A DNA stretch of 39,467 nucleotides from a virus. Made by a program: the position numbers and the translations under genes. Below, piece by piece: positions 25,407 to 36,704 of the stretch (its first letter is position 1; every line of letters starts with the position of its first letter). The stretch lies in the UHGV virus genome UHGV-0285531; one strand, 5' to 3'. The notes under the pieces were generated by a model. That model had not been told where the DNA came from, did no database searches, and saw nothing but the letters and a program-made list of their open reading frames with translations.

Positions 25407-25586
25407 ATGGTTACAGTTATTCTAGTTCTAACGCTGATCAGTGGTAGTGGGCAAACTATCAGCCAAGTACCTATAACAGCACCGACATTACAGGACGCAT
25501 TCACAATATGTGACCAGTCCGGCTCAAAGTGGGCCGACAAGTTTGGCGATGTCTCAAACGTTGCAGCAGGGTATGAGTGTATTTAA
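25407..25586 (+). CDS. hypothetical small protein (59 aa) with N-terminal signal-peptide-like segment
   Basis: Not in track; ATG 25407 preceded by ttaaggagtgacca (identical to the primase RBS); MVTVILVLTLISGSG hydrophobic N-terminus. Confidence 0.4.
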   Translation: MVTVILVLTLISGSGQTISQVPITAPTLQDAFTICDQSGSKWADKFGDVSNVAAGYECI

Positions 25587-25593
25587 GGAGTGA

Positions 25594-27297
<1,704 letters not shown>

Positions 27298-27348
27298 ATG
27301 TCAATGCCCTGAGTGCGACTGGAAGTCACCATACGGAGGACACCATTA

Positions 27349-27513
27349 GTGTTAAAGAAACTTAAAGCTCGATACCATCGGTTCATGTACAAATGGTGGA
27401 GTGACGAAGCAACCTTCCTGTCCAACATTCTGGGAGACCAGAGGTTCGACTCTAAGGCATGGAAGAAAGCTAACCGGAAGTTTATGTATCACTTCTTGCG
27501 TACAGACTTCTAG
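27349..27513 (+). CDS. hypothetical small basic protein (gp4.x position); start uncertain
   Basis: Track ORF 27313-27513 (GTG); in-frame GTG 27349 has ACGGAGGA upstream. Confidence 0.35.
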   Translation: MLKKLKARYHRFMYKWWSDEATFLSNILGDQRFDSKAWKKANRKFMYHFLRTDF

Positions 27514-27514
27514 G

Positions 27515-27560
27515 TCTAGACTCAAGGTCATTCACATCGAGTGGCCTTTATGATTAGACT
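27515..27560 (+). promoter_or_regulatory. conserved hairpin element, putative RNase III site (R4.7-like)
   Basis: tagactcaaggtcat-N9-gtggcctttatgattagac; third copy of the element. Confidence 0.5.
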
Positions 27561-27576
27561 AAACGGAGGATTAACC

Positions 27577-29748
27577 ATGTTTGACCTTAAGAGTATCTGG
27601 GGTTCTGACATCGAGACCAACGGTCTCCTTGATACAGTCTCCCAGTTCCACTGTGGGGTCCTGATTAACGCCGAGTCGAATGAGACCCTTAAGTACGGGG
27701 TAGCTCCGATGGTCGGTATCGTCGGTGGCTTCAAAGAGTATGTTCATAAAGTTGAAGAGATTGCCGCATCGCCTGATGGTATGCTGGTATTCCACAACGG
27801 TATCAACTATGACGTCCCGGCTATAGACAAGCTGAAGCGTTTGTACTTTGGGAAACGCTTTAACTTCCCGAAACATAAGATGATTGATACCTTGGTACTG
27901 GGACGCTTGCTGTATCCAAACATTAAGTTCTCAGACATGGGCGCAGTGAAAGCTGGTCGTCTGCCACCTAAGATGATGGGACGCCAGTCTCTTGAGGCTT
28001 GGGGCTATCGTCTCGGTGAGATGAAAGGTGAGTACAAACACGATTACGTTGCCAAGTGCAAGGCTGAAGGTATCGAATATAAGGCTGGGGACGAATGGTT
28101 GTTCCCGTCTCAGGAGATGCTGGACTATAACGTTCAAGACGTTGTGGTCACACTGGCGTTGTTCAAGAAGTTCCTGACTGACAAGTATTACTTCCAGTCT
28201 GAACAGTTCGCTTTCGACCAGATTTATGCGTTGCGTCTGGAACATGATGCTGCGTGGACCTGTGCGAAGATGGAACGTAACGGCTATCCGATGAACACCG
28301 AGATGGTCGAAGGCTTATATCGTGAACTCACCGTCAAACGTGCAGAGCTGCTGGACAAGCTGCGTTCGACTTTCGGTAGCTGGTACGCACCAAAGGGAGG
28401 CAAGGAGTTCTTCAGGCATCCACGGACAGGCAAGGACCTTCCGAAGTACCCACGAGTCGTGTATCCTAAGGTCGGGTCAGTATTCAAGAAGCCGAAGAAC
28501 AAAGCTCAACGCTTAGGTCTGGAGCCTTGCGAGTTTGACTCACGAGACACGATGGAGGGAGCACCGTTCACACCTATCACTTACGTTGAGTTTAATCCGG
28601 GAAGCGGAGACCACTTAGCGAAAGTCTTGATGGAGCGTGGTTGGGAGCCTGTGGACTTCACTGACACTGGGAAACCTGTAGTCGATGATGAGACGTTAGA
28701 GCACGTTAAGTTACCGGACGCAGAGGCTCAGGATTGCGTAGAGCTGGTCCGTGAGTATCTGGTAGTCCAGAAGCGCATAGGTCAGGCGGCTGAAGGTAAT
28801 AACGCATGGTTGAAACTTGTAGGTCCAGACGGACGTATGCACGGTTCAATCAACCCTTGTGGAGCAGTAACCGGACGTGCGACCCATAGTTCACCAAACA
28901 TGGCTCAGGTCCCTGCTAACGGTGCTCCGTATGGTGAGATTTGCCGTGGTGCTTTCGGTGCAGCTTGGAACAAGACGGATGGTAAGCCAGACCCTTGGAT
29001 TCAAGTGGGTGTGGATGCTTCAGGTCTTGAGCTTCGTTGTCTTGGGAACCGAGCGGCTCCGTTTGATGGTGGTGCCTATGCGAAGACTGTGGTCGAAGGT
29101 GACATCCACTGGGCCAATGCAGTAAACGCTGGGTTAGCACCTAACGTCCCACGCGATAAGTCGAGCCACGACCATGATGCTTTCCGTAACAACGCTAAGA
29201 CGTTCATCTATGCGTTCCTATATGGTGCAGGGGCCGCTAAGATTGGACTGATAGTAGGCGGTGGGAAGAAGGAAGGTTCAGCTCTCATGAAGAAATTCAT
29301 TGAGGGTACACCAGCCATCAAAGACCTCAGGGAAGCTGTGAGTAATACGTTAATCTCAGACTCTAAGTGGGTGGACGGAGAGAACATCGTTAAGTGGAAA
29401 CGCCGTTGGCTGCGTGGACTTGATGGTCGCCGTATCCACATCCGGTCGCCACACTCAGCACTGAACGCCTTACTTCAAGGCGATGGTGCGGTAGTCTGTA
29501 AGCACTGGATTGTCGAGACTGAACGTATGCTCGAAGAGGCAGGGTATGTTCACGGCTGGGAAGGTGACTTTGCGTACATGGCTTGGGTGCATGATGAATT
29601 GCAGATTGCGTGTCGTACTCAGGAGATTGCCGAAGAAGTCGTCAAGATTGCGCAACTTGCTATGCGTAAGGTGGGTGAGTTCTATAACTTTAAATGTGTC
29701 CTTGATACCGAAGGTAAGATTGGACCAACGTGGAAGGAGTGTCACTAA
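27577..29748 (+). CDS. 5: DNA polymerase (T7 gp5-like, family A with 3'-5' exonuclease)
   Basis: Track ORF 27541 (GTG, inside hairpin element) to 29748; preferred ATG 27577 (ACGGAGGA upstream; MFDLKSIWGSDIETNGL); recollected identity to T7 gp5 throughout (VFHNG..YDVPA, YNVQDVVVT, GAVTGRATH, GIDASGLELRCL, DNAKTFIYGFLYGAG, AWVHDE). Confidence 0.95.
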   Translation: MFDLKSIWGSDIETNGLLDTVSQFHCGVLINAESNETLKYGVAPMVGIVGGFKEYVHKVEEIAASPDGMLVFHNGINYDVPAIDKLKRLYFGKRFNFPKHKMIDTLVLGRLLYPNIKFSDMGAVKAGRLPPKMMGRQSLEAWGYRLGEMKGEYKHDYVAKCKAEGIEYKAGDEWLFPSQEMLDYNVQDVVVTLALFKKFLTDKYYFQSEQFAFDQIYALRLEHDAAWTCAKMERNGYPMNTEMVEGLYRELTVKRAELLDKLRSTFGSWYAPKGGKEFFRHPRTGKDLPKYPRVVYPKVGSVFKKPKNKAQRLGLEPCEFDSRDTMEGAPFTPITYVEFNPGSGDHLAKVLMERGWEPVDFTDTGKPVVDDETLEHVKLPDAEAQDCVELVREYLVVQKRIGQAAEGNNAWLKLVGPDGRMHGSINPCGAVTGRATHSSPNMAQVPANGAPYGEICRGAFGAAWNKTDGKPDPWIQVGVDASGLELRCLGNRAAPFDGGAYAKTVVEGDIHWANAVNAGLAPNVPRDKSSHDHDAFRNNAKTFIYAFLYGAGAAKIGLIVGGGKKEGSALMKKFIEGTPAIKDLREAVSNTLISDSKWVDGENIVKWKRRWLRGLDGRRIHIRSPHSALNALLQGDGAVVCKHWIVETERMLEEAGYVHGWEGDFAYMAWVHDELQIACRTQEIAEEVVKIAQLAMRKVGEFYNFKCVLDTEGKIGPTWKECH

Positions 29749-30032
29749 TGGCTATTACTAAACGTATTCGTGTGAGTTTTGACCTGAAGATGGTTGTTAG
29801 CTCAGAGGAAGAAGAGACCATTTGTCGTCAGCTTGCTAAGATGACTAAAACCTACGCTGAGGGTGAGAAGCTGGATGGACTTCAGTTGGCTGTGGCCAAA
29901 ACAGCAATCGAGTCAGGCCCTGAGTCTGCCCTTGAAATTGTCGCCAAGAAGAACATCAAGAAGGAGCTGGTAGGCGCCTTTGGTGATGGCCAGTTCGGTG
30001 TGTCCAACCTGCGATTCGAGGTCAAGCAATGA
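29748..30032 (+). CDS. 5.5: gp5.5-like protein (H-NS-binding protein homologue)
   Basis: Track ORF 29730-30032; preferred ATG 29748 overlapping gp5 stop (GGAAGGAG upstream); MAITKRIRVSFD resembles recollected T7 gp5.5 start. Confidence 0.55.
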   Translation: MAITKRIRVSFDLKMVVSSEEEETICRQLAKMTKTYAEGEKLDGLQLAVAKTAIESGPESALEIVAKKNIKKELVGAFGDGQFGVSNLRFEVKQ

Positions 30033-30238
30033 GTGAATACTTACGGGTCCTAGCGGCCCTTAAGTCCTGCCCGAAGACCTTCCAGTCCAACTATGTGCGC
30101 AACAACGCTGCACTGGTGGCTGAGGCTGCGAGTCGTGGACATCTAAGCTGCCTGTCTATGGACGGGCGTAACAACGGTGCGTGGGAGATTACTGCTGCTG
30201 GCACCAAGTTCCTGAACCAACACGGAGGCTGTTTATGA
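30029..30238 (+). CDS. 5.7: gp5.7-like protein
   Basis: 69 aa; LKSCPKTFQSNYVRNNAALVAEAASRGH.SCL...GAWEITAAGTKFL matches recollected T7 gp5.7. Confidence 0.7.
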   Translation: MSEYLRVLAALKSCPKTFQSNYVRNNAALVAEAASRGHLSCLSMDGRNNGAWEITAAGTKFLNQHGGCL

Positions 30239-30453
30239 GTCAAGACGTATCAGGCAGAGAACTTAAGGTAGGTCAAAAAGTTGCTTTCTGCCTAGCTGGT
30301 AAGTCATACGCTATGTGTATAGGCAAAGTCATCCGAGTAATGCCAAAGACGGTAGCCATCAAACACGAGACGTATACCCGCTGGAATGGAATGACTGAGG
30401 AAGTCGAAACGGTACGTGCCTTCTCTTCAGTTTGCATCGTTGAGGAGGCATAA
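30235..30453 (+). CDS. hypothetical protein (72 aa) at the T7 gp5.9 position
   Basis: Track ORF 30181-30453; preferred ATG 30235 overlapping gp5.7 stop, GGAGG upstream; no resemblance to recollected T7 gp5.9. Confidence 0.45.
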   Translation: MSQDVSGRELKVGQKVAFCLAGKSYAMCIGKVIRVMPKTVAIKHETYTRWNGMTEEVETVRAFSSVCIVEEA

Positions 30454-31319
30454 TGTCAGAGAAGAAAATAGCTCTGGTTCTGGATGGTGACTACTTAGTG
30501 TTTTCGTCTATGGCTGCTGCCGAGGAAGAGACAGACTGGGGTGATGACATCTGGACCCTTATCTGCGACCACGCCAAGGCTCGTCGTATCCTTGAGAACA
30601 CCATCGCTGAAATCGTTAAGAAGCGCAAGGCGTGGAAAGACTCTAAGATTGTGATGTGCTTTACTGACGATAACAACTGGCGTAAGGACGTTCTGCCTAC
30701 CTATAAGGCCAACCGTAAAGGTTCTCGCAAGCCTGTAGGTTACAAGAAGTTCGTAGCCGAAGTGATGGCTGACCCACGGTTCAACAGCTTCTTGCGTCCT
30801 ACGCTTGAGGGTGATGACTGTATGGGCATCATCGGGACCCGACCTCAGATTGTCGGATGTGACCATGCGGTTCTGGTGTCCTGTGACAAGGACTTCAAGA
30901 CCATCCCAAACTGTGAGTTCTTCTGGTTAACCACTGGTGAAATCCTGAGTCATACGACTGCTGAGGCAGACTACTGGCACATGGAGCAGACCATCAAGGG
31001 TGACACTACAGATGGCTATGGCGGGATTCCGGGGATGGGTGAGGACACTACTCGTGTGTTCCTTGACGAGCCGTACTACTTCGTGCAGGAGAGCCGTGAG
31101 CTTAAGACTGGCAAGAACAAAGGCCAGATTAAGACTGAGTGGAAGAAGTATCCAAAGCGTGAAGACATGACGCTGTGGGACTGCATGGTTACTCTGGCTG
31201 CTAAAGCTGGGATGACCGAGGAGGAACTTCTGGTCCAAGCTCAGGTCGCTCGTATTTGTCGAGCCTCCGACTATGACCCTAAGTCCAAGGAGGTCATCCT
31301 GTGGACACCATCCATGTAA
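30453..31319 (+). CDS. 6: 5'-3' exonuclease (T7 gp6-like)
   Basis: 288 aa; position and size as T7 gp6; FEN-type acidic residue clusters (LDGDYL, DDN, CDKDF). Confidence 0.85.
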   Translation: MSEKKIALVLDGDYLVFSSMAAAEEETDWGDDIWTLICDHAKARRILENTIAEIVKKRKAWKDSKIVMCFTDDNNWRKDVLPTYKANRKGSRKPVGYKKFVAEVMADPRFNSFLRPTLEGDDCMGIIGTRPQIVGCDHAVLVSCDKDFKTIPNCEFFWLTTGEILSHTTAEADYWHMEQTIKGDTTDGYGGIPGMGEDTTRVFLDEPYYFVQESRELKTGKNKGQIKTEWKKYPKREDMTLWDCMVTLAAKAGMTEEELLVQAQVARICRASDYDPKSKEVILWTPSM

Positions 31320-31445
31320 TATACTGGGCCGGACTTCTGGTCCTTTACTGCATGTACAAGTGGTTCGGGTCGAACAACCGTCCTAAACACTGAGTCTAAC
31401 CGATAGTCATATCCTATCAATCCAACAGTCATCCATAGGTGGAAC

Positions 31446-31468
31446 ACTAAACTATCACTATAGGGACT
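31446..31468 (+). promoter_or_regulatory. phage RNAP promoter (phi6.5-like), +1 G at 31463
   Basis: cactaaactatcactatagggactt. Confidence 0.75.
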
Positions 31469-31529
31469 TTAGGACCTAAGATATGACTATAAGATAGACT
31501 TTAGTCTTAACTTAAAGAGGAGATTCAAG

Positions 31530-31802
31530 ATGGCTCTTAATGCTATTGAAAACGTTGTTAAGCAGTTACAGGAAGAAAGACTCGATGTCCCTAACATCTC
31601 CCAGTCTGCCATCCAGTTCCTGCACGTATTGTTCAACGCAAGCTATGCTGAGAAGATGGGAGTTATCAGTCTCCTCAAGCAGCAAGGCTACAGCGATGCG
31701 TTCATTGCCGGGTTCATCAAGGGTCTCCAGTATTGTTCTGACACTCTCGACTCTGCGATTGCTATGCGTCGTGAGCTGAAAGATACCGTTCAGTTCGATT
31801 AA
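31530..31802 (+). CDS. gp6.5-like hypothetical protein
   Basis: 90 aa; position after phi6.5 promoter. Confidence 0.5.
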   Translation: MALNAIENVVKQLQEERLDVPNISQSAIQFLHVLFNASYAEKMGVISLLKQQGYSDAFIAGFIKGLQYCSDTLDSAIAMRRELKDTVQFD

Positions 31803-31816
31803 CTGTAGGAGGGACT

Positions 31817-32041
31817 ATGTGTTTCAGTCCAAAGATTAGCACTCCGAAGCCTTCGGTCCAAGCGCCTGAACCAGCACCTCTGAGTGAGGAAGTTGCGTCA
31901 GTTGACATCGGGGCTGAATCGGATGTGGGCACCAACGAGACCAAAGGTATCAAAGACCTGAAGGTCAAGAAGGAGTCTGCACCTAAAGATAAATCGTCAG
32001 TAAGTCGCGCTATGCGTAACTCTGGCGTCAACATGGGGTAA
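31817..32041 (+). CDS. 6.7: gp6.7-like small virion protein
   Basis: Starts MCFSPKI as recalled for T7 gp6.7; Pro/Ser-rich, basic C-terminus. Confidence 0.7.
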   Translation: MCFSPKISTPKPSVQAPEPAPLSEEVASVDIGAESDVGTNETKGIKDLKVKKESAPKDKSSVSRAMRNSGVNMG

Positions 32042-32045
32042 GACA

Positions 32046-32450
32046 ATGCTACCATATCTCAACTCACGCGAAGGTCGCCACATGTGCGCTTGTCGCCTCT
32101 GGGAAGACGGGCAGTCTAACTTCAAGTCATTCGAGGACTTCAAGGCTCATACTTACCGTATGGCTGACGAGTTCGACGGTGAAGAATACACAATCTACGA
32201 TGTATCAGGTCAACCAGTAGCGTATCTCTACATGCTGGCTACCGCATCTTGGCACAGACCGACTCCCGGTCTTGACCTTTCAATCGTCGCTATTCGTCGT
32301 GACTCGCAGTCCTCCCGCAAGGTTCTTGAGACTGTCAGACACATCATAGACGAAGAGTGCAAGCGTTGGGGTCTTGGCTGGTATTCTCGTGTCAAGCATG
32401 TTTCTGGGTCGGTAGACATCGTAACAACTAAGGAGATTAACCGTGGGTAA
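32046..32450 (+). CDS. gp7-like host-range/virion protein
   Basis: 134 aa vs 133 in T7 gp7; positional. Confidence 0.5.
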   Translation: MLPYLNSREGRHMCACRLWEDGQSNFKSFEDFKAHTYRMADEFDGEEYTIYDVSGQPVAYLYMLATASWHRPTPGLDLSIVAIRRDSQSSRKVLETVRHIIDEECKRWGLGWYSRVKHVSGSVDIVTTKEINRG

Positions 32451-32691
32451 ATCAATCAGTAAGGCTTTCAAGAAAGTGGTGAAAAGTACGTTAGGGACAG
32501 TAGGTCTTGGCTCTGACGATGCACCTAAGGTTGTTGAGGCCCAGACCCCAGCAGCACCAGTGGAAGTACCGAACGATAAAGTGGAAGATGTGGATACCGA
32601 AGCAACCGCATCTGACGAGAAGAAAGTGAAGCGTTCAGGTAAGCGTAGCCTTCAGGTCTCTCGCACCTCTGGTGGCGGTATTTCTATTTAA
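32443..32691 (+). CDS. 7.3: gp7.3-like tail/adsorption protein
   Basis: GTG start after AAGGAG; begins MGKS..KAFKKVVKS and ends SGGGISI as recalled for T7 gp7.3 (…SSGGGINI). Confidence 0.65.
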   Translation: MGKSISKAFKKVVKSTLGTVGLGSDDAPKVVEAQTPAAPVEVPNDKVEDVDTEATASDEKKVKRSGKRSLQVSRTSGGGISI

Positions 32692-32702
32692 GGAGGTGAC
32701 TA

Positions 32703-34271
32703 ATGGCTGAACGTGAAGGGTTCGCTGCTGAAGGAGCCAAAGCGGTCTATGACCGCCTGAAGAACGGTAGACAGCCATATGAGACACGCGCTCAGAATTG
32801 TGCTGCTGTCACTATCCCGTCACTGTTTCCTAAGGAGTCCGACAACTCGTCTACTGAGTACACCACTCCGTGGCAAGCTGTAGGTGCTCGATGTTTGAAC
32901 AACTTGGCTGCAAAGCTGATGTTGGCATTATTCCCCCAGTCACCGTGGATGCGACTTACAGTCTCCGAATATGAGGCTAAGACCTTGAGTCAGGACTCAG
33001 AGGCTGCTGCTCGTGTTGACGAGGGGCTTGCTATGGTCGAGCGTGTGTTGATGGCCTACATGGAGACAAACAGTTTCCGTGTGCCATTGTTCGAAGCTCT
33101 GAAGCAGCTTATAGTCTCCGGTAACTGTCTGCTCTACATTCCAGAGCCTGAACAGGGAACCTACAGTCCCATGCGAATGTACCGCTTAGTGTCTTACGTT
33201 GTTCAACGTGATGCGTTCGGTAACATCTTGCAGATTGTGACTCTCGACAAGGTAGCGTTTAGTGCTCTACCGGAAGACGTTAAGTCACAACTAAACGCAG
33301 ACGACTATGAGCCTGACGCAGAGCTGGAAGTATATACGCACATCTACCGTCAAGACGACGAGTATCTACGTTATGAGGAAGTGGAAGGCATTGAGGTAGC
33401 AGGGACCGAGGGTTCCTACCCACTGACTGCATGTCCATACATCCCGGTACGAATGGTTCGACTGGATGGTGAAGACTATGGTCGTTCTTACTGCGAGGAG
33501 TATCTGGGAGACCTGAACTCGCTGGAGACGATTACAGAAGCTATCACCAAAATGGCTAAGGTAGCCTCCAAGGTGGTGGGCCTCGTTAACCCGAACGGTA
33601 TCACGCAACCTCGTCGTCTGAACAAGGCGGCTACAGGTGAGTTCGTTGCCGGTCGCGTTGAGGACATCAACTTCCTGCAACTGACTAAGGGTCAGGACTT
33701 TACGATTGCCAAGTCGGTGGCTGATGCTATCGAGCAACGTTTAGGCTGGGCCTTCCTTCTTAATAGTGCTGTTCAGCGTAATGCCGAGCGAGTCACTGCT
33801 GAAGAGATTCGTTATGTTGCTGGCGAACTGGAGGCGACCTTAGGTGGCGTGTACTCAGTACAATCCCAAGAGCTTCAGTTACCTATCGTACGTGTGCTGA
33901 TGAACCAACTTCAGTCTGCTGGCATGATTCCTGACCTTCCGAAAGAAGCGGTAGAGCCTACTGTCTCCACCGGTCTGGAAGCGTTAGGTCGTGGTCAGGA
34001 CTTGGAGAAGCTAACTCAGGCGATTAACATGATGACTGGTCTTCAGCCTCTATCTCAGGACCCGGACATAAACTTGCCGACCCTTAAGCTACGACTCCTG
34101 AACGCTCTGGGTATCGACACCGCTGGCCTACTCCTGACGCAAGACGAGAAGACTCAGCGCATGGCTGAGCAGTCGTCTCAACAGGCAGTTGTCCAAGGTG
34201 CTAGTGCTGCTGGTGCTAACATGGGTGCTGCTGTAGGTCAGGGAGCTGGTGAGGACATGGCTCAAGCCTAA
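32703..34271 (+). CDS. 8: portal (head-to-tail connector) protein (T7 gp8-like)
   Basis: 522 aa; ATG after AAGGAGGTG; size and position as T7 gp8. Confidence 0.9.
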   Translation: MAEREGFAAEGAKAVYDRLKNGRQPYETRAQNCAAVTIPSLFPKESDNSSTEYTTPWQAVGARCLNNLAAKLMLALFPQSPWMRLTVSEYEAKTLSQDSEAAARVDEGLAMVERVLMAYMETNSFRVPLFEALKQLIVSGNCLLYIPEPEQGTYSPMRMYRLVSYVVQRDAFGNILQIVTLDKVAFSALPEDVKSQLNADDYEPDAELEVYTHIYRQDDEYLRYEEVEGIEVAGTEGSYPLTACPYIPVRMVRLDGEDYGRSYCEEYLGDLNSLETITEAITKMAKVASKVVGLVNPNGITQPRRLNKAATGEFVAGRVEDINFLQLTKGQDFTIAKSVADAIEQRLGWAFLLNSAVQRNAERVTAEEIRYVAGELEATLGGVYSVQSQELQLPIVRVLMNQLQSAGMIPDLPKEAVEPTVSTGLEALGRGQDLEKLTQAINMMTGLQPLSQDPDINLPTLKLRLLNALGIDTAGLLLTQDEKTQRMAEQSSQQAVVQGASAAGANMGAAVGQGAGEDMAQA

Positions 34272-34289
34272 ACTATCACTATAGGAACA
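34267..34289 (+). promoter_or_regulatory. phage RNAP promoter (phi9-like), +1 G at 34284
   Basis: cctaaactatcactataggaaca overlapping gp8 stop; 5' leader forms long-range stem GGAACAACACAAC / GUUGUUGUGUUUUCC. Confidence 0.75.
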
Positions 34290-34380
34290 ACACAACTTGA
34301 GTGAGTGAACGCATAGCCAGCCGTAACTGGATGGCAGGTTGTTGTGTTTTCCTATTAACGACTTAAAGGAGAATGACTTA

Positions 34381-35265
34381 ATGTCTCAATCAGTTTATGC
34401 CGAGTTCGGCGTTAGCTCTAATGCAATCACTGGTTCCGTTGAGGACCTGAACGAACACCAAAAGTCTATGCTTGAACAGGACGTAGCTGTTCGTGATGGC
34501 GACGACGCTATTACCTTCAAGCAACTGGAAGCCGAAAACGAAGAGGCTACCGAAGAAGACGAGAACGTCGAAGAGATTGAAGGTGAAGAAGACCACGAGT
34601 CAGATGACGAAGAGTCTGAGACCGATGGTGAGCAGCCTGAGTTCATCGAACTGGGTGATGCACCGAAAGAGCTGACTGAAAGTGTCACCGCTCTGGATGA
34701 AAACGAAGCTGCATTCGACGACATGGTGTCTTCTGCTGTAGAAGCTGGCAAGGTCACTGCTGATGAAATTACCGCTATCAAGGCTGAATACGCCAAGGAC
34801 GGTAAGCTGTCTGACGCATCCTACGCTAAGTTGCAGGAAGCAGGTTACACCAAGCGTTTCGTAGATTCGTTTGTCCGTGGTCAGGAAGCTCTTGCTGAAC
34901 AGTATGCTGCTGGTGTGGTTCGCTACGCTGGTGGTGCTGAACAGTTTAATCGCATCCTGTCACACCTTGAGTCCAATGACCCGTCAACTCGTGAAGCACT
35001 GGAAGCTGCTATCGTTCGTAAGGACATTGCTACTACCAAGGCTCTGCTGAATCTGGCTGGCAAGACTCTGGGTAAAGCTGTGGGTGTTAAACCTCAGCGT
35101 ACCATCACCACTCAGGCTAAACCTGTGGTCGCACCTAAGGCTCCTCAGACAGAAGCATTCAGCTCCAAGGCTGACATGATTAAGGCTATGAGTGACCCGC
35201 GATACCTGCGTGACGCTAAGTACACGATGGAAGTCCGCGCTAAGGTAGCTGCCTCAAGCCTGTAG
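34381..35265 (+). CDS. 9: capsid assembly (scaffolding) protein (T7 gp9-like)
   Basis: Track ORF 34339-35265; preferred ATG 34381 (AAAGGAGAATG upstream); highly acidic, Glu/Asp-rich centre. Confidence 0.8.
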   Translation: MSQSVYAEFGVSSNAITGSVEDLNEHQKSMLEQDVAVRDGDDAITFKQLEAENEEATEEDENVEEIEGEEDHESDDEESETDGEQPEFIELGDAPKELTESVTALDENEAAFDDMVSSAVEAGKVTADEITAIKAEYAKDGKLSDASYAKLQEAGYTKRFVDSFVRGQEALAEQYAAGVVRYAGGAEQFNRILSHLESNDPSTREALEAAIVRKDIATTKALLNLAGKTLGKAVGVKPQRTITTQAKPVVAPKAPQTEAFSSKADMIKAMSDPRYLRDAKYTMEVRAKVAASSL

Positions 35266-35266
35266 G

Positions 35267-35289
35267 ACTAAACTATCACTATAGGGAGA
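35267..35289 (+). promoter_or_regulatory. phage RNAP promoter (phi10-like), full consensus incl. GGGAGA, +1 G at 35284
   Basis: ctaaactatcactatagggagac; transcript starts with GGGAGACC...GGUUUCCC 5' hairpin (35284-35315). Confidence 0.85.
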
Positions 35290-35391
35290 CCAAGAGATAG
35301 ACTAAAGGTTTCCCTATTACTTCAGTCCATACGGATTGGGCATACAGTAAGTAATAAACTTTATCTTTCAATTGAATAGGAGAATTATCAT

Positions 35392-36441
35392 ATGGCAAAC
35401 GTTCCGGGTCAGAAAATTGGTACAGACCAAGGTAAAGGTAAATCCAGTTCCGACGCTCTGGCGTTGTTCCTGAAGGTATTTGCTGGTGAAGTCCTGACCG
35501 CATTCACTCGCCGCTCTGTAACTGCTGACAAGCATATTGTCCGTACCATTCAGAACGGTAAGTCTGCTCAGTTCCCGGTCATGGGTCGCACATCTGGTGT
35601 GTATCTGGCTCCTGGTGAGCGACTGTCCGATAAGCGTAAAGGTATCAAACATACCGAGAAAGTGATTACCATTGATGGTCTGCTGACTGCCGATGTGATG
35701 ATTTTCGACATTGAAGACGCGATGAACCACTACGACGTGGCTGGCGAGTATTCCAACCAGTTGGGCGAAGCTCTGGCTATCGCTGCTGATGGTGCGGTGC
35801 TGGCTGAAATGGCGATCCTGTGTAACCTCCCGGCTGCATCCAACGAGAACATCGCTGGTCTGGGTACTGCGTCCGTCCTACAAGTTGGTAAGAAAGCTGA
35901 CCTCGACACCCCGGCTAAACTGGGCGAAGCAATCATCGGTCAACTGACCATTGCTCGTGCGAAGCTGACCTCCAACTACGTTCCTGCTGGCGACCGTTAC
36001 TTCTACACCACGCCAGACAACTACTCTGCAATCCTCGCGGCTCTGATGCCGAACGCTGCTAACTATGCTGCGCTGATTGACCCAGAGACTGGTAACATCC
36101 GTAACGTGATGGGCTTCGTTGTTGTTGAAGTTCCGCATCTGGTACAGGGTGGTGCTGGTGAGACCCGTGGTGCTGATGGTGTCACTATCGCTTCCGGCCA
36201 GAAACACGCATTCCCGGCAACTGCTACTGGCGACGTTAAAGTTGCTATGGACAACGTTGTGGGTCTGTTCTCTCACCGTTCTGCTGTGGGTACTGTGAAG
36301 CTGCGTGACTTGGCGCTGGAACGTGACCGTGACGTCGATGCTCAGGGCGACCTGATTGTTGGTAAATACGCTATGGGTCACGGCGGTCTGCGTCCAGAAG
36401 CGGCAGGCGCACTGGTTTTCACAGCGGCGTCAGCGGGTTAA
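35392..36441 (+). CDS. 10A: major capsid protein (T7 gp10A-like)
   Basis: 349 aa; RBS AGGAGA; recollected identity to T7 gp10A. Confidence 0.95.
   Translation: MANVPGQKIGTDQGKGKSSSDALALFLKVFAGEVLTAFTRRSVTADKHIVRTIQNGKSAQFPVMGRTSGVYLAPGERLSDKRKGIKHTEKVITIDGLLTADVMIFDIEDAMNHYDVAGEYSNQLGEALAIAADGAVLAEMAILCNLPAASNENIAGLGTASVLQVGKKADLDTPAKLGEAIIGQLTIARAKLTSNYVPAGDRYFYTTPDNYSAILAALMPNAANYAALIDPETGNIRNVMGFVVVEVPHLVQGGAGETRGADGVTIASGQKHAFPATATGDVKVAMDNVVGLFSHRSAVGTVKLRDLALERDRDVDAQGDLIVGKYAMGHGGLRPEAAGALVFTAASAG
36414..36420 (+). other. candidate -1 programmed ribosomal frameshift site (G GUU UUC) near end of gp10A
   Basis: Heptamer GGTTTTC 7 codons before gp10A stop; the -1 frame is open from here to 36704. 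Confidence 0.55.
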
Positions 36442-36704
36442 CGACCTTTAAGGCCCTCTCTACAGAGGGTCCTACCTTAGAGACATACAGTTCTACGGTG
36501 GGAACCAGCTTGAAGGTTGACTTCCCTGAGCTTTCAGACGTGACCGATTGGTCGCTGCTTGAGGTGACTACGCCTGATGGTGTTAGCTACTCCCGTAGAA
36601 CCAACAGTCTCTACTTCAAGGCCACCTCTGGCGTGGAAGGTCTGGTGATTGTTGGGTATGACGGTTCGCCTGTGCGTTCCTTCAACGTATCTTTCACAAA
36701 CTAA
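36420..36704 (+). CDS. 10B: C-terminal extension of minor capsid protein (gp10B-like) reached by -1 frameshift
   Basis: -1 frame has no stop between 36414 and TAA 36702-36704; track shows only the 3' part as ORF 36498-36704; T7 makes gp10B the same way. Confidence 0.55.
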   Translation, partial: HSGVSGLTTFKALSTEGPTLETYSSTVGTSLKVDFPELSDVTDWSLLEVTTPDGVSYSRRTNSLYFKATSGVEGLVIVGYDGSPVRSFNVSFTN

